From positions 868,001-932,000 of the forward strand of contig JASTWF010000036.1 in the NCBI GenBank assembly GCA_030390025.1: a DNA stretch of 64,000 nucleotides, in the 5' to 3' direction. A model generated the notes under the pieces. That model made no database searches. It saw only the letters and a program-made list of their open reading frames with translations, and was not told the DNA's origin. Each line of letters begins with the position of its first letter. The stretch's first letter is position 1. Source of the DNA: Squalus acanthias (taxonomy: Eukaryota). Below are positions 27,449 through 39,602 of this stretch, piece by piece. The position numbers were made by a program, and so were the translations under genes.

Positions 27449-27760
27449 AAAAACAGAAAATGCTGGAGATACTCAGCAGGTCAGGCAGCATCTGTGGAGA
27501 GAGAAACAGAGTTAATGTTTCAGGTCGATGACCCTTCGTCAGAACTGGAAAAAAAGCAGGAAATGGAACAGATTTTTAAGCAAGTGTAGGGGCAGGGAGA
27601 GGAGGGAGGGGATGAAAGAACAAAAGGGAAGGTCTGTGGTAGGATAGAAGGCAGGAGAGGTTAAGAGATATTAAGAGATATTCAAGACAAGAGGAGATGG
27701 TAATGGAACAGGTTAAGAAACAAAGGATGGCTCGAGATGAAGTGTAAATTGCGTTGGCAG
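27449..27760 (-). mobile_element. Penelope-like terminal (pLTR) fragment with hammerhead motif
   Basis: Homologous to the 3' end of the GIY-YIG-bearing element at 28349-29390; CTGACGA-stem-GAAA at 27510-27546 (-). Confidence 0.75.
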
Positions 27761-28348
27761 AAGGGAGTCAACTTGTTTTGGATCAAAATCAGTTTGGGGC
27801 GGGGGAGGGGGTGGGGAGTTTGGCTCAACCGCCAAACTGCGGCTAATCTTAAGCTTAGACTTAAAACATCCCAAAAATCTAGCTGAAGTTTTCGTTCCCC
27901 ATGCAGCCAACAAATTAAAAGCCAGGATTCTCCTATGACAAAAATGATAGTTGCATCCAGTGAGATGTATATATGTATCATGTTAAAGTTTTTTGTAACA
28001 TGTTAAAGTTGTAGCCAACCCTATGGTGGACTCCAAATACTTCACTGTTAAACAGTAATGGGTTGCTTAGAGACAGTTGGGCTGTTTGAGCCGCAGTAAG
28101 CTTTGATCGAGAATTAGTGGGTTATCTTTGAAAGAGGTGTCCCAGCCAAGAACGTTTGTTACTAGCATGTCAATGATGTTAGAATTGGTGGTTATTCAAA
28201 TTGTCTGAATTCACTCCTGGATTCAAACATAATTTCTAAACAATGGGGATCCACTGTAAATTGAGGGGTTCGGATTGGCATCAAAGAATTTGATTGAATG
28301 TCAAATAAAAGATATCCTTATAATCCAAGGGCCTTCTCATGTTACAAT

Positions 28349-29390
28349 AGCAAAATACTGCGGATGCTGGAAATCTGAAATAACAACAGAAAGTGCTGGA
28401 AACACTCAGCAGGTCAGGCAGCATCGAGGAGAGGAGAAACAGAGTCAACGTTTCGGGTCGAACCCTTCGTCAAAAATTCGTATAAATTTCTGACAGGGCT
28501 AGACAGACTGGATGCAGGGAGGATGTTTCCCCTGGCTGGGGGGTCTGGAACGAGGGGTCACAGTCTCAGGATACGGGGTAGGACATTTAGGACTGAGATG
28601 AGGAGAAATGTCTTCACTCAGAGGGTGGTGAACCTGTGGAATTCTCTACCACAGAAGGCTGTGGAGGCCAAGTCACTGAATATATTTAAGAAGGAGATGG
28701 ATAGATTTCTAGACACAAAAGGCATCAAGGGGTATGGGGAGAGAGCAGGAATATGGTGTTGAGATAGAGGATCAGCCATGATCATATTGAATGGCGGAGC
28801 AGGCTCGAAGGGCCGAATGGCCTACTCCTGCTCCTATTTTTCTATGTTTCTACGTCAGAACTGGGGAAGGTTAGGGAGGAGAGATTTTGAATCAGGGGCA
28901 GGGAGGAGGGGAGGAAAGAACAAAGGGAAGGTCTGTGATAGGCTGGAAGGCAGGAGAGATTGACTGACAAAAGGGATGATGGTGCGAGGCAAAAGGAGAG
29001 GTAATGGGACAAGTTAAGAAACAAAAGATGGCTCGAGATGATGTGTGGATGGCGATGGCAGCAACATTAACAGCTACCATGTGAGGAAACAAGAGAGAAA
29101 AAAAAGAAAGAAATACAGGGGCCAATTTATGATCTGAAATTGTTGAACTCGATGTTGAGTACAGAAGGCTGTAAAAGTGCCTAATCGAAAGATGAGGTGC
29201 TGTTCCTCGAGCTTACGCTGAGCTTCGTTGGAACAGTGTAAGAGGCCGAGGACGGAGATAATCAGAGTGGGAGTGGAGCGGAGAATTAAAGTGACAGGCG
29301 ACCGGAAACTCGGGGTCACGCTTGCGGACTGAGCGGAGGTGTTCTGCAAAGCGGTCACCCAATCTGCGTTTGATCTCCCCAATGTAGAGG
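28349..29390 (-). mobile_element. Penelope-like element 3' part (GIY-YIG C-terminus plus pLTR), interrupted by CR1 at 28473-28852
   Basis: Minus-strand LYIGEIKRRLGDRFAEH...CHFNS and RKLEEQHLIFRLGT; CR1 insert flanked by a CGTCA duplication. Confidence 0.85.
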
Positions 29391-29518
29391 AAACCTTCTC
29401 ATGTTCTTCAGGTTTCTACTCACTGGCCACTGCACAGAACAGAAGTGAAGACTGTGCGCCCAAACCGAGTGCACCACCACAACAGCCGGCAAGTATCCTG
29501 CCTTTGATTCTGCTCCTG

Positions 29519-29945
29519 TCAACCGTGGCTCAGTGGGTAGCACTCTTGTGTTTGAGTCAGAAGGTTGTGAGTTCAAGTTCCACTCCAGAGACTTGAGCAC
29601 AAAAATCTAGGCTGACACTCCAGGGCAATACTGAGGGAGTGCTGCACTGTCGGAGGGGCCGTCTTTTGGATGAGGTATTAAACTGAGGCCCCGTCTGCTC
29701 TCTCACATAAAAGATCCCATGGCACTATTTCAAAGAAGAGCAGGGGAGTTATCCCCCGGTGTCCTGGGGCCAATATTTATCCCTCAACCAACATCACTAA
29801 AAACAGATGATCTGGTCATTTATCACATTGCTGTTTGTGGGAGCTTGCTGTGCGCAAATTGGCTGCCACGTTTCCTACATTACAACAGTGACTACACTTC
29901 AAAAAAAGTGCCTCATTGGTTGTAAAGCGCTTTGCGACGTCCGGT
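29519..29945 (+). mobile_element. DeuSINE (SacSINE1-like)
   Basis: Head, core and part of the tail present. Confidence 0.9.
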
Positions 29946-30171
29946 GTATTGTTTTATTTGTAATATTAAATTCAGGACAGTTGTTTAGCCTGTATAAAGT
30001 GATGTGATGGGGGTGGTATTTTGCATTATTTGAGATGACAAGAGAATATGGTGGGCAACCCACATATTCGCCAGTAAGTAAATGACCATGATCAGGGTCA
30101 ATTGTTACACCTGGGCTATGCTAACCCAGACATAGCAGAGGATAAAAACACGGACTTCAGTCAGTGCTTAC

Positions 30172-30835
30172 AAAGAAGAAGAAGAAAGACTTGCATTTCT
30201 ATAGTGCCTTTTTTAAATTCGCTTATGGGATGTGGGCCTCGCTGGCAAGGCCAGCATTTATTGCCCATCCCTAGTTGCCCTTGAGAAGGTGGTGGTGAGC
30301 CGCCTTCTTGAACCGCTGCAGTCCGTGTGGTGAAGGTACTCCCACAGTGCTGTTAGGGAGGGAGTTCCAGCATTTTGACCCAGTGACGATGAAGGATCGG
30401 CGATATATTTCCGAGTCAGGATGGTGTGTGACTCGGAGGGGAACTTGGAGGTGGTGGTGTTCCCATGCACCTGCTGCCCTTGACCTTCTAGGTGGAAGAG
30501 GTCGCGGGTTTGGGAGGTGCTGCCAAAGAAGCCTTGGTGAGTTGCTCACGACCACCGGACGTCTCACAGCGCTTTACAGCCAATGAAGTACTTTTGAAGT
30601 GGGGTCACTGTTGTGATGTCGGAAACGCGGCAGCCAATTGCGCACAGCAAGCTCCCACAAACAGCAATGTGATAATGACCAGATCATCTGTTTTTGTTAT
30701 GTTGATTGAGGAATAAATATTGGCCAGGACACCGGGGATAACTCCCCTACTCTTCTTTGAAATAGTGCCATGGGATCTTTTACATCCACCTGAGAGAGCA
30801 GACGGTTTAATGTCTCATCCAAAAGACTGTCATCT
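30172..30835 (-). mobile_element. DeuSINE interrupted by a CR1-clade 3' fragment (30208-30546, -)
   Basis: SINE tail split at GCCTTT|...|TCACGACC; insert is the reverse complement of 9770-10095. Confidence 0.85.
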
Positions 30836-31841
30836 AGCCATTTAAATGAGTAAACGTGTTGGGGGAAAGCCTGAACTGCAGCAGCCTGCTCCTTCGTTTC
30901 TAAGTAATTAAGCAAACTACGTTGAGCACTTAAGTCTTCAATGTCTCAGCAGAAGGTGGAGGTCACTGTTATTACAAAGCAAGTCCTTGAAGAGGACAAT
31001 GTGTGCGCATCGTTCTGTAATTCAGCTCTTCCCCGAGCAGCACTTGACAAGCAGCTCGTGAATTATTTACAGCAGGAATTACAGTGATCCCAGATATTGT
31101 GCTTCATGTGGTTCGGATCATGAGAATTCCTTTCTCCAGGAACATGCCTGACAAATTTAGAAGCTTTTTTTTGAGACAAACAGATTATTCACTCACCGGG
31201 AATCGCGGCAAATATTCTCGTCGACGGAAATAAATAGCTTTGTAATTTTATTTGTCTGTGTTTGAGGTTAGACCTGTAATTTTGTAACTCCAGTGCTATT
31301 CGTGCATTGTTTTTAATTACAAACTGCCTTCTTGGCTGTGGCGTTCAGTCACTGTGGTGCGGTCCCAGCCATTAATTAAGGGTGAAAAAAAAGTCTGCTT
31401 TATTTGTTATATAAAATAACGGATGGTTGCCGACAGAGGACAAAGACGCTTGTTGCTTTGGGGCCTGTTGTCTTTATGAGTGGCCACTCTGTTTGTTTTG
31501 AGTACATCAGTCACCCGCCCCCCAAAACCAGCGGCCACATTCCCTTTTGCAATTAATCCGTGCAGTATTTCGACCAATGTGTTTTTTCTAACTTCTAAAA
31601 AGAAAGACTTGCATTTATATAGCGCTTTTCACGGCCTCAAGACGTCCCAAAGCACTTCACAGCCAATGAAGTACTTTTTTTGAAGTGTGGTCACTGTTGT
31701 AATGTAGGAAACGCGGCAACCAATTTGCGCACAGCAAGCTCCCACAAACAGCAATGTGACAATGACCAGATAATTTGTTTTTTTTTACTGATGTTGATTG
31801 AGGGACAAATATTGGCCAGGACACCGGGGAGAACTCCCCTG

Positions 31842-31950
31842 CAATGTTCCCTCTTATTTTTTTCTGAGTGCATGGCCCCTTAAAGCCGGCAAGCCAGCTG
31901 TGCGGGAGGTCCCAAGAGCTGCGTGACCGCGCGGCTGAAAGGGAATATTA
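31842..31950. mobile_element. 109-bp hAT-type MITE
   Basis: Perfect 8-bp TSD CTCCCCTG (31834-31841, 31951-31958); TIR CAATGTTCCCTCT / AAAGGGAATATTA. Confidence 0.85.
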
Positions 31951-31965
31951 CTCCCCTGCGAAATA

Positions 31966-32976
31966 CAGGGCTCCCTCCCCAACTGCGGGGGATACGTCCC
32001 CGAAAACCCCCGTGGTTAGTAAATCCGCGGTTGGCAAATTCAGTATAAATGTGTATAAACACAATGGGGCAGAAATTCGGGTCTCCACGGGTGAGTACGC
32101 GCTGTGTACTCACCCATAGACCCAACGAAAGTGCCGGTTTCGCACATGCACTGCGCATGCGCTGGAAACCGGAACTTCCGTTCCCTTGAAGGAAGGGGTT
32201 CGGAGGTCAAACGCGTGCGCCGGAGAGGCAGCGCGCACGCAGCGAACTTCCGTTTTTTTTTACAGGTTTCTGTGTGAGGGTACGTCCCTAGCAGCTGCGC
32301 GGGGGGAAAAGGAGGCGTAAGGCCTGCTTTTAGCAAGGTAAGTGGTGAATTAAGTAAAATTTAAACATTTTTTCCACAGGTTTATCTTTTTTAAATACTT
32401 TAAAGAAAGGTAAGTTTATTTTTAGCCCCGTTAAAAACTGTAATTATTTTTTTCAAAAATTCATGTAATTTATAGTTATTTTAAAAATGTGATGTTTTAA
32501 AAAATTTATTTGAAGTTTTAGTTAGGTTTTGGGGCCGATCTCTATTCATAGATTTGACAGGTCTTCCTGTCAAATCTATGAATGGAGATTCCCTGCTCCG
32601 ATTGGCTCTCCATGGCCCACGTGATCCCAGGGGACGCTACGAACTAACTGCGCCCCTGGGATACGCAAGCACTGCGCGCCGGCAGCTGCAGGAGGCCCAG
32701 GAGCCGAAGTCCACGCGGGCCCACAGCACAATAGCAGGCGCGCTAGGTAAGTGAAGGTCGGGGGCTTGCACCCGCGGAAAGCCGCCGACCCGAATTTCTG
32801 GCCCATTAAAAAAGAATATAAAAAGCATAAAAATCATGTTATTTACCTTATTCCTAAATTAAAAACCGCAGATACGCGAATTTCACTACCGCGGTTGACA
32901 AAAGTTGTCGCAGAGTGGAAACCGTGTATACGTGAAATCCGCGTATGGCAAAACCGCGGTTGAGGCGGGATTCCTG
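31966..32976. mobile_element. Tc1/mariner (Tigger/pogo-like) MITE
   Basis: TA TSD; TIR CAGGGCTCCCTCCCCAACTGCGG / CCGCGGTTGAGGCGGGATTCCTG. Confidence 0.8.
32066..32804. mobile_element. Harbinger-type MITE with internal hairpins and splice sites
   Basis: 18-bp TIR with 1 mismatch (GGGGCAGAAATTCGGGTC / GACCCGAATTTCTGGCCC); AAT/ATT flanks. Confidence 0.85.
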
Positions 32977-33384
32977 TACTGGCGTGCGATCTTTTACGTA
33001 AACCTGAGAGGGCAGACGGAGTCTCGGTTTAACGTTTCATCCGAAAGACGGCACCTCTGACAGTGCAGCACTCCCTCAGTACTGCACTGGAGTGTCAGCC
33101 TAGATTATGTACTCAAGTCTTGAACGCACAACCTTCTGACTCCGAGGCGAGAGTGCTACCACTGAACCAAGACTGACACCTAAAGGGTATGTAGGCTAAA
33201 ACTGGTGAACAGAATAAGTTTAGGACACGTGAGAAAGAACTCCTTCACACTGATCAACATTTAGAATGATCTTCTGGCTAGAATAGTGGAGGCAAAAACC
33301 TTAGATTCATTCAAGAGATAGTTAGATGACATGACAGGGAGGGTTAGGGTTTTTTTTCTTGGATAGATGAGTTAAAACAGATTT

Positions 33385-33662
33385 AAGATGATTGGCAGGA
33401 GAACCAAAGGCGACATGAGGAAAAACTTTTTTACGCAGCAAGTGGTTATGATCTGGAATGCACTGCCTGAAAGGGTGGTGGAGGCTGATTCAATCGTGGC
33501 TTTCAAAAGGGAATTGGATAAGTACCTGAAGGGGAAAAATTTGCAGGGCTACGGGGAAAGGGCGGGGGAGTGGGACTAGCTGAAGTGCTCTTGCAGAGAG
33601 CCGGCACGGGCTCGACGGGCCGAATGGCCTCCTTCTGTGCTGTGACCATTCTATGATTCCAT
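33385..33662 (+). mobile_element. CR1 3' fragment (another subfamily)
   Basis: NFFTQQVVMIWNALP...YGERAGEWD plus CATTCTATGATTC tail. Confidence 0.88.
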
Positions 33663-34094
33663 GAAACTGAGCTGAAAGACTTCCCTCACCTGTCATTAGC
33701 TAATTACCTTCTCATGATAACGATCACAAATTGAGCTTTCCAGAGGTGTTCAACACATCACTATTTGGACAATATCTTTGAGTTCTGCAAACCCCATTTT
33801 GCTACTTATGTTTGACATCAATCATAACGAAAATGCTGCATGCCTGATTGGACTCTGTCCCTCCCTGAAACACTTATTTTAATTTGCTTACACAAGGGAT
33901 TGTCAAATATGTTAATGTTGAAAAACGGTTGCCATGATGCTGACTAGTGCTGCTGAAGAATTTACTACTCACATGCATAAAACAAAGACAGCATCCCCTT
34001 TTTGCCTATATTAGCAAGCAAACCCAGCCAACATTTCCTTTATGTTCAAAGTAAAAGAAAGCCTGAAGTCAGATGCAAGGTAAGAACTAAATGA

Positions 34095-34305
34095 AGGAAT
34101 TTCCTCCCTAAACCTCTCCGCCTCTCTACCTCTCTCTCGTTTTTTAAGACCCCCCTTAAAACCTACCTCTGTGACCAAGTTTTTGGTCACCTGCCCTCAT
34201 GTCTCCTCCTTTGGCTTGGTGTCAAGTTTAGCTTGATCATCGCCCTTGTGAAGCGCCTTGGGACGTTTTACTACGTTAAAGGCGCTATATAAATGCAAGT
34301 TGTTA
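34095..34305 (+). mobile_element. L2 3' end
   Basis: Same tail as the other L2 copies. Confidence 0.8.
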
Positions 34306-34474
34306 TCGGTCATGAGATTCAATTATTGTCTTGTGTCTGTCAGCCATTTAAAAAAATTCCTTGGCTCAGGTACCATTTATGAATTATGTTTACCGTTAAA
34401 CCCGTTTCAAATTCTTTTTCGGTCAGTGCTTGCTGTTCAGACGCTGCGGCAAGGATAAAAGTATTCAGACACCA

Positions 34475-34760
34475 TACAGACCAGAGACGTCCCAGGCTCA
34501 GGGCTGCATTGACTGAGCTGATCTCAAGTAGGGTGGTGATGGAGCGTTACAATTGGCCTTGGTGGTCCTTGGCCCAGGAAAGGGGAAAAAAGGAGAATCA
34601 GCCAAGATTACTGCTGATTGTTACGCAGTGACCCCTGTTGGAAGGGGCAAGCATGTTGATGTAAGGTAAGGTATGGGCTTGGCTTTGATGCCTTCACAGT
34701 GGCATAGCCCGCCAATGTTCACTGCCGAGGTTCACACGTGACGAATGGCCAATTGGGCTG
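34475..34760 (+). mobile_element. Old SINE family fragment (same family as 8925-9185)
   Basis: Diverged core AATCAGCCAAG...CAGTGACCCCTGTTGGAAG. Confidence 0.55.
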
Positions 34761-35432
34761 TGCCAGAAAAAACACTTTTACATTCCACGACAGGACAATA
34801 AGAGCCATGAATATGCAAGAGCTCTGTTCGACCACACCGTGTGACACGAAATGCCGGTTGTACAGCAACATTTTTGTTACAAAAATAAGGTGGCCGTATA
34901 CCTTTTTTATTGCTGAATTTAAATATTTTGGATAAATTATCACGGTGGAAAGGAAGAAAAGTCAGTGACCTTCGATTCGGGAGATGGCGCTTTAGAGGTA
35001 GGCCAAAGCACTCTCCGTATTGCCCAATAATGCTCTCGATTCCTCAGAACTTCCGGCTTCCAGTGTGATATTTCCATTTCTTTGTTGCCTCACTCTGTGA
35101 GAATGCCAATGGAGTGTGACCCATCAATACCTGGATGTCACTTTAATCTCTTCCAGCTGTATCACCGGCATCTCTTGTCACTTGATGTGATGCGATTGAT
35201 ACCTTGCATATTCATGACTCGGATTAGACCCTTGCCATGTGTTTTGGAACCTTTATTGCCTTTAGAGAAGAACTTCTTTGATCCCATCAGTCTGGACTTG
35301 GTTTCCAGCCCAAACCCAAAAGGTGGAAGGCAAGTGGACTACACTACTCAGTTCCTGTATAGTCACTCTCCATGACAGGACTTAGCAAAGAAATCTCAGA
35401 ATAAACCCAAATGGGTAGAATGATACACTCAT

Positions 35433-36172
35433 ATTGGGAAATGTTGATGTACAAAGGGACCTGGGTGTCCTTGTACACCAGTCACTGAAAGCAAACATGC
35501 AGGTGCAGCAAGCAGTTAGGAAGGCAAATGGTATGTTGGCCTTCATTGCAAGAGGATTTGAGTACAGGAGCAAGGATGTCTTACTACAGTTATACAGGGC
35601 CTTGGTGAGACCACACCTGGAGTACTGTGTGCAGTTTTGGTATCCTTACCTAAGAAAGGATCTACTTGCCATAGAGGGAGTGCAACGAAGGTTCACCAGA
35701 CTGGTTCCTGGGATGGCAGGACTGTCATATGAGGAGAGATAGGGTCGACTAGGCCTGTATTCACTAGAGTTTAGAAGAATGAGAGGGGATCTCATTGAAA
35801 CGTATAAAATTCTCACAGGGCTAGACAGACTGGATGCAGGGAGGATGTTTCCCCTGGCTGGGGGGGTCTAGAACGAGGGGTCACAGTCTCAGGATACGGG
35901 GTAGGACATTTAGGACTGAGATGAGGAGAAATTTCTTCACTCAGAGGGTGGTGAACCTGTGGAATTCTCTACCACAGAAGGCTGTGGCGGCCAAGTCACT
36001 GAATATATTTAAGAAGGCGATAGATAGATTTCTAGACGCAAAAGGCGTCAAGGGGTATGGGGAGAGAGCGGGAATATGGTATTGAGATAGAGGATCAGCC
36101 ATGATCATATTGAATGGCGGAGCAGGCTCGAAGGGCCGAATGGCCTACTGCTCCTATTTTTCGAAGTTTCTA
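35433..36172 (+). mobile_element. CR1 3' fragment
   Basis: QRDLGVLVHQSLK...YGERAGIWY with a stop and a frameshift. Confidence 0.95.
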
Positions 36173-36940
36173 TATTATGGTAGCCATTACTGCAATTAAG
36201 CCACACTTTACAGTAAAACAATTAATGGCCTAGTTTAGAGCTAAGAAGATTACAAAGCTCACACAGATGCAATTAGGCCCAAGACCAACAATGGGAAGGT
36301 GATCCATACAAACACTGTAGTATTGATTTTAGCATTCCTGTTGATCGATCGAAATTGCAGCTTACCAATGAAGCATTTAGTGTCCACTTCATGAAAGCTA
36401 TTCACTGACGACACACAATTTAATTATAGAATTCATCACCACACTCTTCATAACTATATCTTATTGTATGCATGATTGACGGGCCTAGCAACTGACGGCT
36501 GTGGCCCAGTGTGCTCAAATCTAATTATAATTCAACAACGCTGCAAGGGCATTTTATATACAATACCACTTAAAACGCAAATAGGCCCCTGTAATTGAAG
36601 TACAAGCACACAGCCAGCTAAGACTTAATTCTGCTGGTGCTTCTTTAGTATTCAGAGGTAGAATGCAGAAAATTATTTCTAAAAATGCTGACAAAAGTGA
36701 AATCTCCATTATCCACACTCCTATTATCTGCCTGTCCCGATTATCCACCAGAAATTCCTCAGAACAAAGCCTTGTGCGAGATGCTACCTTACTGCATGGC
36801 TCCATCACTTGGTGAATCAAGCTACACAATGTTTCATTTGCCATCTGTATTACTATCGTCTTCAGTCCTGCTCCGAGGCTATCACTGTACCGTACGTTGA
36901 AGACCAAACTTTGCAGACTCTCGATTATGCACCCATTCCC

Positions 36941-37372
36941 GTCAGAAGGTTGGAGGTTCAAGCCCCGCTTCCGAGACTTGAGCACAAAATCTAGGCTGAC
37001 ACTCCCAGTGCAGTGCTGAGGGAGTGCTGCACTGTCGGAGGTGCCGTCTTTCGGATGAGACGTTAAACTGAGGCCCCGTCTGCTCTCTCAGGTGGATGTA
37101 AAAGATCCCGTGGCACTATTTCGAAGAAGAGCAGGGGAGTTCTCCCCGGTTTCCTGGCCAACATTTATCCCTCAACCAACATCACTAAAAACAGATGATC
37201 TGGTCATTATCACATTGCTGTTTGTGGGAGCTTGCTGTGCGCAAATTGGCTGGCGCGTTTCGTACATTACAACAGTGACTACACTTCAAAAAGTACTTCA
37301 TTGGCTGTAAAGCGCTTTGGGACGTCCTGAGGTCGTGAAAGGCGCTATACAAATGCAAGACTTTCTTTCTTT
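36941..37372 (+). mobile_element. DeuSINE (SacSINE1-like)
   Basis: Core and full tail with (CTTT)n. Confidence 0.9.
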
Positions 37373-37942
37373 AATGGTCCCCTCTAAAATGGGAAGCAAT
37401 GGGACTTCCACTGTAAAATACTACTGACTCCAAAATTTGCAGAACTGGTATTAGACCCTAAATAAGCTGTGGAATTGAGAGACCATCACGGCCGATTGCC
37501 TCCGCTTATTAAAATACATCCATCTGACAAGCATAGCTTTAGTTGCGTTATGTTTTTGTCCCCTTCTCCCCTGACTGGGTGCCACAGGTGGCAACTGCCC
37601 TCTCATACCTTACCTAAATGCCCATTTTTCATTTGTGAACCTAGGCAGCCAGTGCCCGCAGGTCATTCCTAGACAGAGCGGCATCACCGTCGAGCCTGAT
37701 CCTGTCCGCACGTGCACTTTCCAGTAGGATAGTGATCAGGAACAGGGTTGATTTACCCCCTCTCTAGGCCAAAGGCACTGAGGCCAATTGTACCACCCTT
37801 GCCACTGCTCTGACTGAGGTCAGCTACAACCCTTGGATCTTCCATCTGAATCCAAGCAAAACAGTCATTCAGGAAAATTCTTGTATTTTTGTCCGTGAAG
37901 GTGAAACGAGGACTAAATCTGTGATGAATATAACTAAAATGA

Positions 37943-39401
37943 GAAGTCGCACAACACCAGGTTATAGTCCAACAGATTTATTTAATTTTACAAGCTTTCG
38001 GAGCTGTCGCTCCTTCGTCAGGTAAGTTAGCAATGAGAGAATCTCCCAGAATTCACAATTTAAACCCAGACAAAATCTATTCACATTATTCGCTACAACA
38101 AAGAGCACAGCCAAGACAATGAGATGTGTCCCAGGGGGTCCAACGTGTCAAACCACCTGCTGGCTGCATATCCTGTCAATTTGTGTTCTTGTGTTAGCCT
38201 TTTTTAAAAAAAAAACCAAAAAAAAAAAAACCAAAAAAAACACCTGGGAAAACCGGCCATGATGTCAAGTCACGTTCTGTATCGTGACATGAACCCGATA
38301 TCGCGATTGAGGCCATCCCCATGAGTGCGGAACTTGGCTATCAGTTTCTGCTCTATGATTTTGCGCTGTCGTGTATCTCGAAGGCCACCTTGGAGAACGC
38401 TTACCCGCAGATCCGAGGCTGAATGCCCCTGGCTGCTGAAGTGTTCCCCGACTGGGAGGCAACCCTCCTGCCTGGCGATTGTTGCGCGGTGTCCGTTCAT
38501 ACGTTGTCTCAGTGTCTGCATGGTCTCGCCGATGTACCATGCTCTGGAGCATCCTTTACTGCAACGTATCAGGTAGACAACGTTGGCCGAGTCACATGAG
38601 TATGTACCGTGTACCTGGTGGGTAGTGTCCTCACGTGTAATGATGGTATCTGTGTCCATGATTTGGCATGTCTTGCAGAGGTTGCCGTGGCAGGGTTGTG
38701 TGGTGTCTTGGTTGCTGTTCTCCTGGAAGATGGGTAATCTGCTGCGAACGATGGTACTTTTGAGGTTAGGCGGCTGCTTGAAGGCGAGTAGTGGAGGCGT
38801 GGGGATGGCCTTAGCAAGGTGTTCGTCGTCATCGATGACATGTTGAAGGCTGCGAAGAACATGGCGTAGTTTTTCCGCTCCGGGGAAGTACTGGACGACG
38901 TAGGGTACTCTGTTGGTTGTGTCCCGTGTTCGTCTTCTGAGGAGGTCTATGCGGTTTTTCGCTGTGGCCCGTCGGAACTGTCGATCGACGAGTCGAGCGT
39001 CATATCCCGTTCTTACGAGAGCGTCTTTCAGTGTCCATCGCGTTCCTCCTCGTCTGAGCAGATCCTGTGTATTCGCAGGGCTTGTCCATAGGGGATGGCT
39101 TCTTTAACGTGGTTAGGGTGGAAGCTGGAGAAGTGGAGCATCGTGAGGTTGTCCGTGGGCTTGCGGTAGAGTGAAGTGCTGAGGCGTCCGTCTTTGATGG
39201 AGATTCGTGTGTCCAAGAATGAAACCGATTCTGAGGAGTAGTCCATGGTGAGTTTGATGGTGGGATGGAACCTGTTGATGCTATCGTGTAGTCCTTTCAG
39301 TGATCCTTCGCCGTGGGTCCAAAGGAAGAAGATGTCGTCGATGTATCTGGTGTACAGCGTTGGTTGGAGGTCCTGTGCAGCGAAGAAGTCTTGCTCGAAC
39401 T
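37943..39401 (-). mobile_element. 5'-truncated Penelope-like retroelement (RT C-terminal half plus GIY-YIG plus pLTR)
   Basis: RYIDDIFF, FLD and YRKPTD RT motifs; VVYLIRC...YIGET...R...EH...E...GLN endonuclease; frameshifted; 15-bp TSD ATATAACTAAA(A/G)TGA at 37928-37942 / 39402-39416. Confidence 0.93.
37988..38025 (-). ncRNA. Minimal type-I hammerhead ribozyme motif (Penelope pLTR)
   Basis: UUAC-CUGACGA-A-GGAGC(GACA)GCUCC-GAAA-GC-UU-GUAA; intact core, palindromic AGCU stem III. Confidence 0.75.
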
Positions 39402-39419
39402 ATATAACTAAAGTGATGA

Positions 39420-39602
39420 TTAGGACAGGTGACCAAAAGCTCGGTCAGAGGTAGGTTTTAAGGAGCGTCTTAAAGGAGGAGAGAGAGGTAGAAAGGGAAT
39501 TCCAGAGCCTAGCATCTTGGCAGCTGAAGGCACGACCGCCAACGGTGAAGCGATTAAAATCGGGGATGCGCAAGAGGCCAGAATTGGAGGAGCGCAGAGA
39601 TC
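39420..39602 (-). mobile_element. L2 3' fragment
   Basis: Reverse complement of 40318-40500. Confidence 0.8.

Larger units (their letters stand above)
31598..33180 (-). mobile_element. DeuSINE hosting three nested DNA transposons
   Basis: SINE sequence is continuous once 31842-31950 and 31966-32976 are removed. Confidence 0.88.
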
